Below, piece by piece: positions 1 to 13,375 of a DNA stretch of 46,907 nucleotides; positions within the stretch are counted from its first letter, which is position 1, and every line of letters starts with the position of its first letter. A model generated the notes under the pieces. That model saw nothing but the letters and a program-made list of their open reading frames with translations. It was not told the origin of the DNA and did not search any database. The translations under genes were made by a program, and so were the position numbers. Location of the stretch: the NCBI GenBank assembly GCA_018398765.1, contig JAHBMJ010000469.1, positions 1-46,907 on the forward strand. Reading direction: 5' to 3'. Origin of the DNA: Chromera velia (Eukaryota).

Positions 1-56
1 ATGTGTGTATGTGTGTATGTGTGTGTGTATGTGTGTGTGTGTGTATGTGTGTGTGT

Positions 57-93
<37 letters not shown>

Positions 94-157
94 CTGTGTG
101 TGTGTGTATGTGTCCGTGTCCATCTCTTTTCTTGACCTCTTCGCCAAATGCATGCAG

Positions 158-1082
158 GGAAACGTTTGATCCCAAAGGGCGCGAGGAGTTTGTGAAGGAA
201 GTCGGCGGACAGCTGTCCACTTCCCTCGTCGGAGCTCTGAACCTGGCCATCTTCATTGCAGTAATTCGGAATGTGGGCGTCAGGTCAGTCAGTTAGCTCG
301 GAACGTGGGCGTCCGGTCAGTCAGTTAGCTCGGAACGTGGGCGTCCGGTGAGTCAGTTAGCGTGCGTGCGCGTGGAGGGACTCCCTCCCTCTGTGTTTTT
401 TTTTTTGTTCGACTTGCGCAGACTCTCATGTATGTGTGGGGGTGTGGCAGAGGCACAGATGATGCATCTATCTGTATATCTGTGTGTATATCTGTACACA
501 TTTGTCTGCTTGTTCGATTGATCGATCGGTCAGGCTGTTGACTCTGAAAGGAGCGTCAGGCGGTACCAGCGGTCTGTTGGAGGAATTCGGAGTTCCCGAC
601 CTCTCGGTTCTCTCTCCACTCCTGGGAGAATTGGGGGGGGGCGACTTTTCAGAGAAAGTGCTGGCGGTCTTCACGGTCGTGCAGGTAAGTGGGTGAGTGA
701 GTGAGACAGGAAATGAAGAGTCTCGGGGGGGGATGAAGACAAGCTGATCGACTGACTCTTCATCGATTCGGCCTGCATGGCCTCGTCTCTTTCTTCCCTT
801 CTTGCCTGCCTGCCTCCCTACCTGCCTGCCAGAAAATCTCCCTTGATTGGAGGGGAATGAAGCGGGGGCGGACGGACATTTAAATATGCACAAAGAAAGA
901 AAGACATACGCGGATCGATGCATGTGGGCGGTTTGGGATAGGGGGGGGCAGGCATGCAGGGCGAGATGGATGGGCAAATTGAGGGAACATGTTTTTGGAT
1001 GGATGTGCCTACCTGTCTGCTTGTCCGTCCGTCTATCTGTGGAGGGAAGGGGGTGAAGAAAAGGGGTAGGAAGCATCGTGCA

Positions 1083-1118
<36 letters not shown>

Positions 1119-1930
1119 GGTGGGTGTGTTCTTCTGTCCAACTTGCTTTCCCCATCGTCGTCTGAAATCAGGCGGAAAGGGGAAAAATAGAAAGAAGCGA
1201 GGGCAAGAAAAGGAAACTCTCGTGATCCTTTTTTCCTGCCTGCCTGCTTGCTTGCTGTTCTTTTGTAAACAGGCGGGTAAAAGGGACTGCAAAACGGACA
1301 TGTATATCTCTGTGTCTGTACCTCTGTCGTTGTGTGTGTATTTGTCTGTGTGTCTGTACCTCTGTCGTTGTGTGTGTATTTGTCTGTGTGTCTGTACCTC
1401 TGTCGTTGTGTGTGTATTTGTCTGTGTGTCTGTACCTCTGTCGTTGTGTGTGTATTTGTCTGTCTGCCTGCCTGCCTGCCTGTCTGCTTGTCTGTCTGTA
1501 CATGAAGAAAAGAAGGGAGAAGAAAAAACATATTGTCTGTCTGTCTGTGTCTGTGCAGGTTGAGCGTCTGCTCTTGTTGACAACGTTTTTCCCCTTCGGT
1601 GCCTTTGCATCTTACCTTTCTCCTTTCTTGTTCGGCGGATTTCTTCCAGGGCTTTTTGTCATGAATGTGATTCTTTCGGTCGGTCCGTGGGTTGGTCGGT
1701 CAGTCGTCGTCGCCTGCTGCTGCTGCAATCAAGTTAAGAGACAGACAAATCGACAGGTACACAGGGAGACAGGGTTCTCTTTCTTCTCTTCTTTGCCGAG
1801 AACTGGCTGGTTCTCTCTTGAAAATCCAGTTGCGTTCTCGATGCGATGATGCAATCCGTTGGTCTGGCTGGGTGATCCGCCCTGAGCAACCAACAACGAA
1901 TTACTCAGTCAAGGCAGGCAGGCAGGCAGG

Positions 1931-1970
<40 letters not shown>

Positions 1971-2752
1971 CATTGATTGATCAACTCGTCAACTCGGGTT
2001 CAGTCAAGGCTTGCAAGGTTGTGAGCGCATGAGTCAAGGTGGTGAGTGCATGAGGGAGTCATTCAAGACAGACATGGCTGGTTGTGTCACGGGGGCATCA
2101 GTCCTCGCAGATGCAGGTAGGCCTGCTTCTTTCTTTCCTTCTGTCGTTCTCTTTTTTCACTTTGCTAGGAAGCTTGTGTGTGTGTGTGTGTGTGTGTAGC
2201 GGGGGGGGGGGTNGGGGGTTGGTTGGTGGGGGGTGGGTGCGGGTCTGTGTGTGTGTGTGCGTGTGCGTGTGCGTGCGTATTAATGCTGACATGTCCTTTG
2301 TCTGTCCCTATCAGCGTGATCGTGAACTTTCCCTATCAGCGTGCGTCATCATTCAACGTTCTCTCTCCGTTCCTTTTCTTTCCTCTCTCCTTTGTCCTCT
2401 CTCCTGCTTCAGGTTTCCGCGTTGACGAATTTTGTGCTCTCTCCTTTGTCCTCTCTCCTGCTTCAGGTTTCCGCGTTGACGAATTTTGTGCTCTCTCCTT
2501 TGTCCTCTCTCCTGCTTCAGGTTTCCGCGTTGACGAATTTTGTGCCGTTCCTTTTCTTTCCTCTCTCCTTTGTCCTCTCTCCTGCTTCAGGTTTCCGCGT
2601 TGACGAATTTTGTGCTCTCTCCTTTGTCCTCTCTCCTGCGTCAGGTTTCCGCGTTGACGAATTTTGTGCTCGGGAAATTTTTTCTGAAGGACTTTGTGAG
2701 GGAGAAATTTGTTGTCAGTCAGCGTCTCTCTCCCACTCTCGCTTTTTCTCTG

Positions 2753-2793
<41 letters not shown>

Positions 2794-2866
2794 CTCCCTC
2801 CCTCTCTCTCTCCCCCCCCCCTCTCTCCCTCTCTCTCTCTCTCTCTCGCGCGCGCCCGCGCGCGTC

Positions 2867-2901
<35 letters not shown>

Positions 2902-3896
2902 AAAAGCCGCTTGTCTTCTTCGCACTGCCCTCCTGCCCGCCCGCAAATCGGCTGCCGTTGACGCACGCACATCAAATTGCTGGAAAAAAAGGTGGACGCG
3001 AGGACATGCAGGAGAGCTTGACAAGAATGAATTCTCCTTGGGAGAAGATCGAAAAGGGAACAGACAGAGCGCCTAGCTGCCTTGTCTGTCTTCAAGACGC
3101 GCACCTGCCGTCAGTATTTGATTTTTCTGTGGAATCGGAGAAAGAGCTGCTCAGCCACTGTTTATTCGCGTTCGTTTGTGTCAATACGCGCGTGTGCGCG
3201 CATCTGCGTGGGTGCTTGTGCGAGACTGCGTGATCATACATCAGCTATCGATTCCTATGCCTGATTGATCTTGGATGCATGTCTCTCCATGCATCCACAT
3301 ATTGACTTATACGTTAATGATATCTGTGTGTGTGTGTGTGTGCATGTGTGCAGAAAGACGCAGAGTGGTTCGAGAAGATCAACACGAAAGTGCAGAGCCC
3401 CCTCGAGGCCTTCAAAGTTGCTCTCCTCTTCCGTCTGGCCCCCCTCTTGCCGATTCCCTTCGACGCACACTGGTCGGTCAGGAAGGCAGGCAGGCACCGG
3501 CAGGCAGGCAGGCAGGGAGGCAGGGCTTCCTTCCTTGTGCGCCTCCTTCCTTATATCCCTTTGTGATTGTGCCTGCATCCATTGCCGCTTTCCTCTCGTG
3601 TGTGCATGCATGCTTTCTCTGGTTGAAAACAGAGAAAGAAGGTCAAGTCACATATGTATATACGTATGTACAAGTGCTTGACGTTCCGTAACCACACCAA
3701 GGGTATCGATCTGATGTGCGCGTGGCTGGCGTGGATTTGCACTTGGTGTTTTTCTTTCAAGTTCACTGAATTCTATTTCTTTCGATCCATCCATGCTCTC
3801 TTTTGAGCGCCTTCTTTCTTTCGTTCGTTCTTTCTCTCTTTCTTTCCTTCTTTCCTTCTTTCTTTCTTTCTTTCTTTCTTTCTCTCTCTCTCTCTT

Positions 3897-3933
<37 letters not shown>

Positions 3934-4117
3934 CCTTTCTTTCTTTTTTTCTTTCTTTCTTTGTTTCTTTCTTTTCTTTCTTTCTTTCTTTCTTTCTTCC
4001 TTTCTCTCTTTTTTTTTTTCTTTCTTTTCTTTCTTTCTTTCTTTCTTCATTCCTTCCTTCCTTCCTTCCTTTCTTTCTTTCTTTCTTTCTTTCTTTCTGT
4101 CTTTCTGTCTTTCCTTC

Positions 4118-4148
<31 letters not shown>

Positions 4149-5865
4149 TCCTTCTTTCTCTCTTTCCTTCTTTCTCTCTCTCTCTCTCCCTCTTTCTTTC
4201 TTTCTTTTCTTTTTTTTTCTTGTTCTTTCACTGAATGATTGATTCTTTTTTGATCCATGCATCCATGTTCTCTCTCCTTCAACCGCCGTGCCGTTCATGT
4301 CTGTCGTCTTCGCTTGGGGGCGCATGGCGTGGCGTGGCGCAGTGCGTGAACAGAGAGAGACACACAGAGAGAAGGGAGTCTCTTTCTTTCAGATGCACCT
4401 GTGTGGCTTTCTGTCTGTCTGCCGAGAAGGGAGTGTCTCTCGGTCGTCTGTCGGCATCTCTGTCTGAATGTCGGTCGAGATGTCTGTCTGTCTGTGTCGG
4501 TTCCCCAGGGAGGGAGGGGGGAGGGGAGGGAGGGAGGGAGGGAGGGACATATAGGCTGTCGGTTCCCCCTACTTCGTCGCTTCCCTCCTCTTCGTCTTCC
4601 TCCTCCTCCTCCTCAGCAGTAAACGCTGGACCTGCTGCCCACCCTCCAGCTTTTTTGGCTTCATCATCTTCTTCGGACCCCCCTCCCCCCCTTCCGCCCG
4701 CTCCCTCCGAAGCCCACCCGCAACAGCCCCCTTGGATAAGATCATCACCAGGAAAGTCAAGGAGATTACACAGAACAGATGAGAACAGCTCCAGTTCCAG
4801 TGCAGCCGCCCTCGCTGAACCCGTTCCAGCCCCCCGCCCCCATCCGAGTCTCCACAGACCAACAACATCAAGACCCACTCTCCCAAGAAGAAGAGATGGA
4901 GGGGGAGTTTCCCTCCCCCCTCACACCTGGATCCGGTCGTTCCCTTTCACCCCACAGCGACCGCGCAACCAATGGGTCCTCGTATGACTCAGGGTCAGAG
5001 CAGGAGTCCTGAGGAGAGAGAAGAGGTTTTGGAGAAGGTTCACGGCCCAACCAAGCACCGTCGCTCTTTTGGTTTGGGACTTTGGAGAGTTTTGTTACCG
5101 CCGAAAGAGTCCTCCGGCAAGATACGAAGACACAGCATCAGAAGAATCCCCCTCCGCAGGGGCGCCCCCCCACCCCCCCACCCCTGTCTAAAACCATGAC
5201 GGTGCCGGTCCCCATGTGCAGTTTTTTTCTTTTTTGTTTGTTGGTTTTTCTTCTCTTTTCTTGTCTTTTTTTCTGTTTCTTGTCTTGAGTGGAAGCAGCA
5301 GAGGATTAGCGTGTGAACACAGTGATCACATGAAAGTCTGTCGGGAGATGGAGAGGCAAGGGGCGCTTCGCTCTCACCTTTCGGGCCCCCTGCCCACTTT
5401 GTCTGAGTTGTCGTGATGTTCTTTTGTCTTTGTTCTTTCTTTCTTTTTGTCTGTTGTGTTCATGAAGAAAAGGAGGGAAAGAAACCATATAGTCTGTCGG
5501 AAAGAAACCATATAGTCTGTCTGTCGGTCTATCTATTTCTGTGTGCAGGTATGTTTTGGGCGTGACCGACATCGCTCCTCAGTACTTCTTTGCGGCGTTC
5601 TTTTTAGGAAGTTTGAAGGTCAGAAAGGGGAGAGGAGCTAGGATACAGAAGAAGTTGGGCTGGGCAGTGGTCTTCTGGGGGGACATTCGCTTTTCCTGAA
5701 ACTTTCCTTCCTCCCGCGTTCCCCTTAATTTGTCATTAATTCCAACCGATCGAGCGAGCTTTCCTCTGCAGGAGACGGACTCGCTCTTCTCTGTTTGTTT
5801 GACGGTCTCCCCCTCCCTCCCTCCCCCCTCCCTTGCGCGTGCGTGCGTGCCTATGTGTGTGTGTG

Positions 5866-5922
<57 letters not shown>

Positions 5923-5966
5923 TGCGTCTATGTGTCTGTGTGCCTGTGTGTGTGTGTGCCTATGTG

Positions 5967-5999
<33 letters not shown>

Positions 6000-6006
6000 C
6001 TGTCTG

Positions 6007-6037
<31 letters not shown>

Positions 6038-6086
6038 GTGTGTGCGTCTATGTGTCTGTGTGCCTGTGTGTGTGTGTGCCTATGTG

Positions 6087-6119
<33 letters not shown>

Positions 6120-6126
6120 CTGTCTG

Positions 6127-6157
<31 letters not shown>

Positions 6158-7491
6158 GTGTGTGCGTCTATGTGTCTGTGTGCCTGTGTGTGTGTGTGNN
6201 NNNNNNNNNCGAGACCCCTCAAAGCCCCCTGCCCTGACTGTCTTAGGAAGGAAGTTTCTCGACTGGCTGGCGACGCAACGAAACGAGTGGGAGGCCCAGA
6301 AGATCGACTTCCTCGGCCCCACTGCCTACGACTCCGTCCTTCTGGGGAAAGCAGGCGTCACATTCGATTTGCACGAGTTGGTTCGAAACGAACAGGTAGG
6401 TAAGCGCATCCACTGCGGGTGGGTGGGTGCGTGATATGTACGGAGGAGGAGCACGTCCCTGAATGCGCACATCCATTCATTGTACAGTGCGGCCATGCAT
6501 GTGAAGGAAGATGATCATGTGAAGGAAATTAAATGCTTTGGACCCCCGTGAATTCCCTCTTGCCTCTCTGCCCCTTCCTTCCTTCCTTCCTGTTCCTTCC
6601 TGCCTGCCTCTTTTTGCTTCCTTTCTTTAATGGAGACTTGATGTTCCCTTCGAGCCGCTTTTTTTTTTTTTACGTTCTTAATTTCTGCCATTCAGGATCG
6701 AGGAAGTCTATGCATTCGATCGAGCGGGGTCTGCTGCAGGTGATGAAGTTTTTGGCAGACAGACAAGCGCTCGAGCAAACGCCCGTACCCGTTCTCCTGG
6801 ATAAAGCAGCAGGAGGAGCAGCAGAAGCGGGCATGATTGCCGCGGGTGCCGGCGCTGGTGCTGCTGCTGCAGCAGATGGTGTGGCGATGTCGGCCCAGAG
6901 TGCTCTCAGCAGTCTGTCCCAAAACGCAGAATTCATTGCGACTGTGGAGATCTCCTTCCTGCTCCTTGCACAGGTAGGTCGGCCCGGGGCCTCCCTCTAA
7001 AGAAAGGCCGGCTCCTGATCACTGCAGTCAATTGATCGATCGATCGAATGCGGCTCGGGGGGTCGAGCTGCGCCTTCCCTTCCTTCGTCGTTTCTGCTTG
7101 CGTCCACATATGTGCACATGCACCGATAGTCAGAAAGGAAGTTTGAGCTGAGCACGCGGCGTCGATCTGAGTGAGCCGGATGTAACTTTATGTTGGTCTC
7201 TTCAAGCCTTCCTTCCTTCCTTCCCTCCCTTCCTTGCCTCATTGATTCATTCATTCATCTCTATTTGTTGCGCCCTATTTCCATCTTTCGGTTCGTCTTC
7301 TCTGTGCGCAGATTTTGGTGTCCAATTTTGCAACGCAAACGGTGGTGAGTCTCTTTTTGTCCGTAAACGAAAAAGACGAAAGTGAAAGCGGAAGCGGATG
7401 TGCGGAGAAAGGGGAGGACAGCGAACAGATCCTTGAACTGCAATCACTACCGCAAAAGGACAGGCAAGAACAGGAACAACGACAAAGCTGA
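158..7491 (+). CDS. VTT/DedA-superfamily (SNARE-associated, TVP38/TMEM64-like) membrane protein, 5' end outside the window. Exons: 158-283, 534-684, 1559-1678, 2645-2713, 3354-3472, 5549-5618, then less certain (5772-~5804), <6210-6399, 6696-6973, 7312-7491
   Basis: GT-AG exons join in consistent phase up to 5618 and give ...[107 protein letters not shown]. This matches the VTT pattern (RLxPxxP...YxxGxT...G). The last exon ends in an acidic tail with TGA at 7489-7491. The link across the N gap at 6199-6209 is uncertain. Confidence 0.75.
267..361 (+). repeat. Three tandem 32-bp copies spanning an exon end and 5' splice donor
   Basis: cggaa(t/c)gtgggcgtc(a/c)ggt(c/g)agtcagttagc(t) at 267-298, 299-330 and 331-361. 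Confidence 0.95.
1311..1462 (+). repeat. Intronic 38-bp minisatellite, 4 copies
   Basis: tgtgtctgtacctctgtcgttgtgtgtgtatttgtctg starts at 1311, 1349, 1387 and 1425. Confidence 0.9.
2383..2668 (+). repeat. Five tandem 54-bp copies spanning a polypyrimidine tract, 3' acceptor and exon start
   Basis: ctctctcctttgtcctctctcctgcttcag|gtttccgcgttgacgaattttgtg starts at 2383, 2437, 2491, 2561 and 2615, with a 16-nt spacer at 2545-2560. Confidence 0.95.
3800..4230 (+). repeat. Intronic (TTTC)n/(TTCC)n microsatellite
   Basis: Directly visible low-complexity tract. Confidence 0.95.
5850..6198 (+). repeat. Composite (TG)n/(TCTG)n microsatellite with ~120-bp higher-order duplication, next to an N gap
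   Basis: The lines starting at 5941 and 6061, and at 6001 and 6121, are identical. The tract ends at the N run. Confidence 0.85.
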
Positions 7492-8850
7492 GAGAGATGT
7501 TAGACGGAATTATAATTAATAGGAGTCTTGATATAAGCAAGAAGTTTAAAGATATTGAGAATGTACATCTGATTGAGATATACACAATCTGATTCTGAAT
7601 TTAAGATATATACATTTTTTTTTCTGTGATATCCCTAGTGTGACTAGGAATGTGGAACTGGGTCTGGAGTGAACTGCATGATAGATCATGTTTTTGATTT
7701 CCTCTAGCTGATTGATTGATTGATTGATATGTTCCGCCCTAGGGCCTTCCCGCTATGTCTGTCGCCAGCTATAGATGATTTTTTTTAATTAAATCATTAT
7801 AATTTATAAATCCTTTTCCCTGAGATCAAACGCAAATAATGCGACAAAATTTTCTGTGCTTACATTAATTGTCTTACAACGCTTAAACACCGCAACGCTA
7901 CAATTTGCTTTCGATACTTATCTTTTTTTCTTGTGCGATATGCTGCATTGTTGTGGCCTTGCTTAAAGCAATATTCACATGCATGTGGTGAACGGAGAGA
8001 GCATGCATCCGTCTACCTGCTGTGTGTGGAGCGTGACCTCCATACTGGTTACAGTTTATTCTCTGCTCTTGCACTGTAGTAGTATTATTGACGATCGCGT
8101 TCACCAAAGCTGTTGTAGGATAACCTTTTGGCGCCCTTGGGTGATGAATTAAGGGGGGGAGATGGGGGGATTCAGCAGTGCACTCATCCTCATGGACGAC
8201 TAAACCGTACAAGACTGATCGATCGACTAGAACTTGGCATGATGCAAGGTAGCTAGAGGTGTTGCAACGGTGCGTAGATGAAGGAAGAGTAAGAGAGAGG
8301 CAGACATGCTAGGAACAGATTTTAAATGCGGTTTCCCCCAATGAATTAAGAAGTTTTACCCTATTACATTTGGGAGTAATTGGGCCAATTGAAATGTTCA
8401 ATTAGGAATTTGGAATCCCAAATTCTTAATCAATTCGGAGTAATTTGGAAACAAATCTTTTTACGTGAAAAACTTCAGAGAAACTTAGTGTACAAAGCTA
8501 TATTTTTGTGCATAAACATTTTAAAACTCAAAAATTTCAAATCTGCACGAACATCATATGTCACCAATTAGCTTTACATAAACTTGAACATTAAATAAAA
8601 ATAAAATACAATTAGAAATTGGAAATCTAATTTTTTAATTGGAAATTACATACGTTTTTAATTAGAAAATGAATTGGATTCCAATTGTAAATCCAATTTC
8701 CAATTGTGTTTTTTCTTTTTTAATTTATTATGTAAAATAAAACTATATTAATTTACATAAAGGTTTAATAATATTTGACTAGTCTCTGTATATATCAGTA
8801 AACCGATATATATCGAATCAGATATGCATGACAGTATGTATAGCCAGTAT

Positions 8851-10216
<1,366 letters not shown>

Positions 10217-11116
10217 GCCAGTATAGAAGCTAAATGCCGACCTGCATCATACTAAGCTGCATGCATGTTTTTTCTAGCTTTTTTATACATGCTTTTTCAG
10301 ACTGTTCTATCACAATTTAAAGTTTGTTTCTAGGTTTGTTTCATATGTGCCATATTCGATCTGTGTCTACTCATATCATACAAATATTGTATAGTATAGT
10401 TCTATTAAAATCTCTGTCTATATAAAGGCTAAAGCACTCCGTTTGTTATGTTTTTTATGCAGTGTATAGCTTATAATAGCCTTTTATGAAACTGTAATCT
10501 GACAATCAAACATATTCATATACAGTGCCAGATACAGCTAGAAATACAGTGACTGCCACAGTCTATACCTAGGTCTATATACATAGTCTAGATATAAGGG
10601 TGATGATAAAGATTTTTAAAAGAATATAACCATTACAACTTTTTCCGTTATGGTACATTACGGACCTTGCTAGGGACCTTGCAGTTTTTCTGCAGAGATT
10701 ATTATATCAATATCGTATCGTATTGGTAGGGGTAACAAAGTTAATCAAAATATTGATTATTGTTTCTGTTTAGTAAAAAGTAGAATCTCACTTATCTTGG
10801 AATTTCTTCTGTGCCATCTGTAGAAAGCTCTGGGTCCCCTCATATTAGCAACTCTAGCCTTTAGCCCATCTATGAGTGTTTTAAACAACTGCTATATACA
10901 GCCTATACTTCCGGCGTCCTAATTTTCTCTCCTATATATGGAAGACCACAGCGGAAACCTCAACCAAACGCAACCGTTTAGACCAATACAGTCTTAGCAA
11001 CAATTCAAATGCTCTTTACTACTAAGGCTTTTTAAATTTGATTCATTATTATAATATAATTTTTCATCTAGTTTTTTACGGTCTTTCTGATTGGATATTA
11101 GTAAATCACGTATTTA

Positions 11117-12717
11117 TTAGACGTGGCTTGACAGTTGAAGCACACAATCCAAAAGCGTCTGACGGAACTCTTCTAAATCAACAGTGACATCTGCAGCCTT
11201 CCAGGCCTGATGAAAACAATTCAGATTGATATCTGCCCGTCTTTTGATGTATCCCTCCTGTCGAGCCAACGACGCGCACGTTTGTTGGTCTTCTCCCATC
11301 TCCATCAACTCTTTCTCGTGAGTCTCCGTGAAGACACCATGAAGAGCTCTATGGTAGATGCCCGCCCTTTGCAACATTTCTCGGTAAATGTTTGTTTGCA
11401 AGAAGGCGAAGGGGAAAATTTCAATCACCGCAGCGTTTTGGGAGAGGAACATACCGTTCGTCAATCCGGCCCCGTGTACTGTCACGAGAACATCGGTCTC
11501 GGCCATGAGCTCTGCCTGCTCTCGGGGATCGGTTGGCATGCCTGGCTCATACCGCACACTCACATTCAGGTACGAAGGGAGCTGCTGTGCCACTTCGACC
11601 AGCCCCTCTGGATTGCGGAACCGGCGCGTCGGCCCGCTCTCACGGCCGACAATGGTGACTCGGGGGGAGTTTTGCCGTTCCGAGTACGGCCTCTCCGAGA
11701 GCTTCAGAGCACCCCGAAGGGTGGCGTGGTCTCGCCACCCTCCAAGAACATGCTGGCGAAACGCGAAAGTGCGCGCATTCCGAGCGCACACAGCGTAGGG
11801 CATCCTCAATTTCCACTCAGGATGTAAACAACGGTTCAACGGCTCCTCTGGAATTTCCCACAGGTGGTCTCTGAGAAGAATCGGCCATGTGGGCTTGGGA
11901 AGCTCTGGAGGCCTCTCAGTGATCCCATCCAACCAGGCATCTAGCTCCTGCTCTGAGAACAGTCCTCTCCCTCGAGAGAGGAGCTCTGTGAGTAGCATCC
12001 TTTTCCAGGGGGTCAGGCATTTCTCTTCGGTGTTCAGAAAGTAGACCGAGCCTTCCGGACGATCTAAGACGTCAGTCCACAGAGGCATGAAGAAGCTTGC
12101 GAAGTGATACAGATTTGGATTCTGCTCGATGGTTACGAACTTTGTGCCGTCCGGCAACCACTCCACAGGACCTTTCTCCATCATCTGCTCCCACGAGATG
12201 AAGGCGTAGTTGTCCAGGTAGTTCAGAGGAGTGGCGGCTTTCTTTTCGCCTGCTTCAAAGTGGTACCTGCAAGAGCATGAAGGACATGGTGCATAAGGAC
12301 ACATGGACTTGGAAGTTAGTTTGGGCTTGCAACATAAAAGAACTAAGAGGCGTGTGTTGACCTGTATGCTTGCAAACTGTTGCGAGAATCCTGTCGACCA
12401 ATATATCGGTCAGCAGAGTGAAAGCTTGATGTGGCCTCCTCCAGAGCCTTTTCGACTGCGGCTGCCACAATGAAGTACCGATCTCCATCGAAGCAGAGGG
12501 TCTCATAGTCGCAGGTGTCCAGCATGTCTGCATCAATCCGACAGTCAACAATTGGACGCTGTTCCTTCTCTTCGCGGCTCCGGGACACTGGTGGTCCCTC
12601 GGGATCCGGACAGTCGGCGCCTTCTGCGTCTAAGGTCGTAGCGCCGGAAGGAAAGACTCTCAGGACCAGTAGAAGGGCTCCAAGTGCCACTGATCCCTGG
12701 GTCATCCTTCTATTCAT
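11117..12717 (-). CDS. Glycosyltransferase family 61 (DUF563-type), secretory, ~501 aa. Exons 12717-12362 and 12266-11117
   Basis: N-terminal hydrophobic signal (MNRRMTQGSVALGALLLVLRVFPSGA). A 95-nt phase-2 GT-AG intron splits the Arg codon of AYR-YH. GT61 motifs present: NLYHF, QAELMAETDVLVTVHGAGLTNGMFL, AVIEIFP, and C-terminal DVTVDLEEF. Confidence 0.88.
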
Positions 12718-13012
12718 GTGTTCGCCGAAACGTTGCATGAGAAGTTGAATTATACGTGTATATATGGGCATATATACAGTACTGTACTTGTGGCCCCTTG
12801 TGTCCTGCAAGAAAAGAATACCTGTAAAACACTTCGGATTCAGCGCTCACATAGGATGTTTGCTGGCAGATGTGATCAGACTTTTAAGAGATCGAGGCTG
12901 CTCAGAGGCAACAGAAGCAACATGTCACGTTGAACAGAAAAAGCAAAACTGTCATGCAGGTCAGTCATTGAAACTAAAATCTAGCTCATAGCATTCTAGC
13001 ATATTCTAGCTC

Positions 13013-13086
13013 CATGCATGCATGCATGCAGTGTGCGGATCACCATGCACGCGCGCAATCATTGCATGCGCGCGTGCAGCATGCAA
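13013..13086. promoter_or_regulatory. Palindromic TGCATGCA/(CG)n cluster in the divergent GT61 intergenic region (putative bidirectional promoter core)
   Basis: catgcatgcatgcatgca plus the inverted repeat tgcacgcgcgca (13046-13057) / tgcgcgcgtgca (13067-13078), about midway between the two start codons. TGCATGCA is a known ApiAP2-binding motif in apicomplexans. Confidence 0.5.
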
Positions 13087-13375
13087 GCTATACAGGTCAG
13101 ACAGTCTGATCATTCGCGACTTATATAATTGAAGGAGAGACATGATTTTATAGATACATATGGACTTCAAAGACTTCCCCGGTACGGGAAAGCTGACATA
13201 TATAGCTTGCATGTTCGACTCAAGTGGTCTGCAAGCAGTATCTGATGACACTGACTCTGGCCCACAGCAACAACATACTGCAAACGCAAACTGCTCAAAG
13301 CGCCCGACAGATTCGAATGGCAGTATTGCGTACTGGTAATATAGAGACATACACAACATGTACGCTATCCGATCG

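Noticed and set aside
11210..11827. Antisense ORFs overlapping the GT61 and other exons (e.g. 14020-14376, 17862-18533, 38058-38936)
   Set aside because: These are shadow ORFs of GC-rich coding sequence with no independent motifs.
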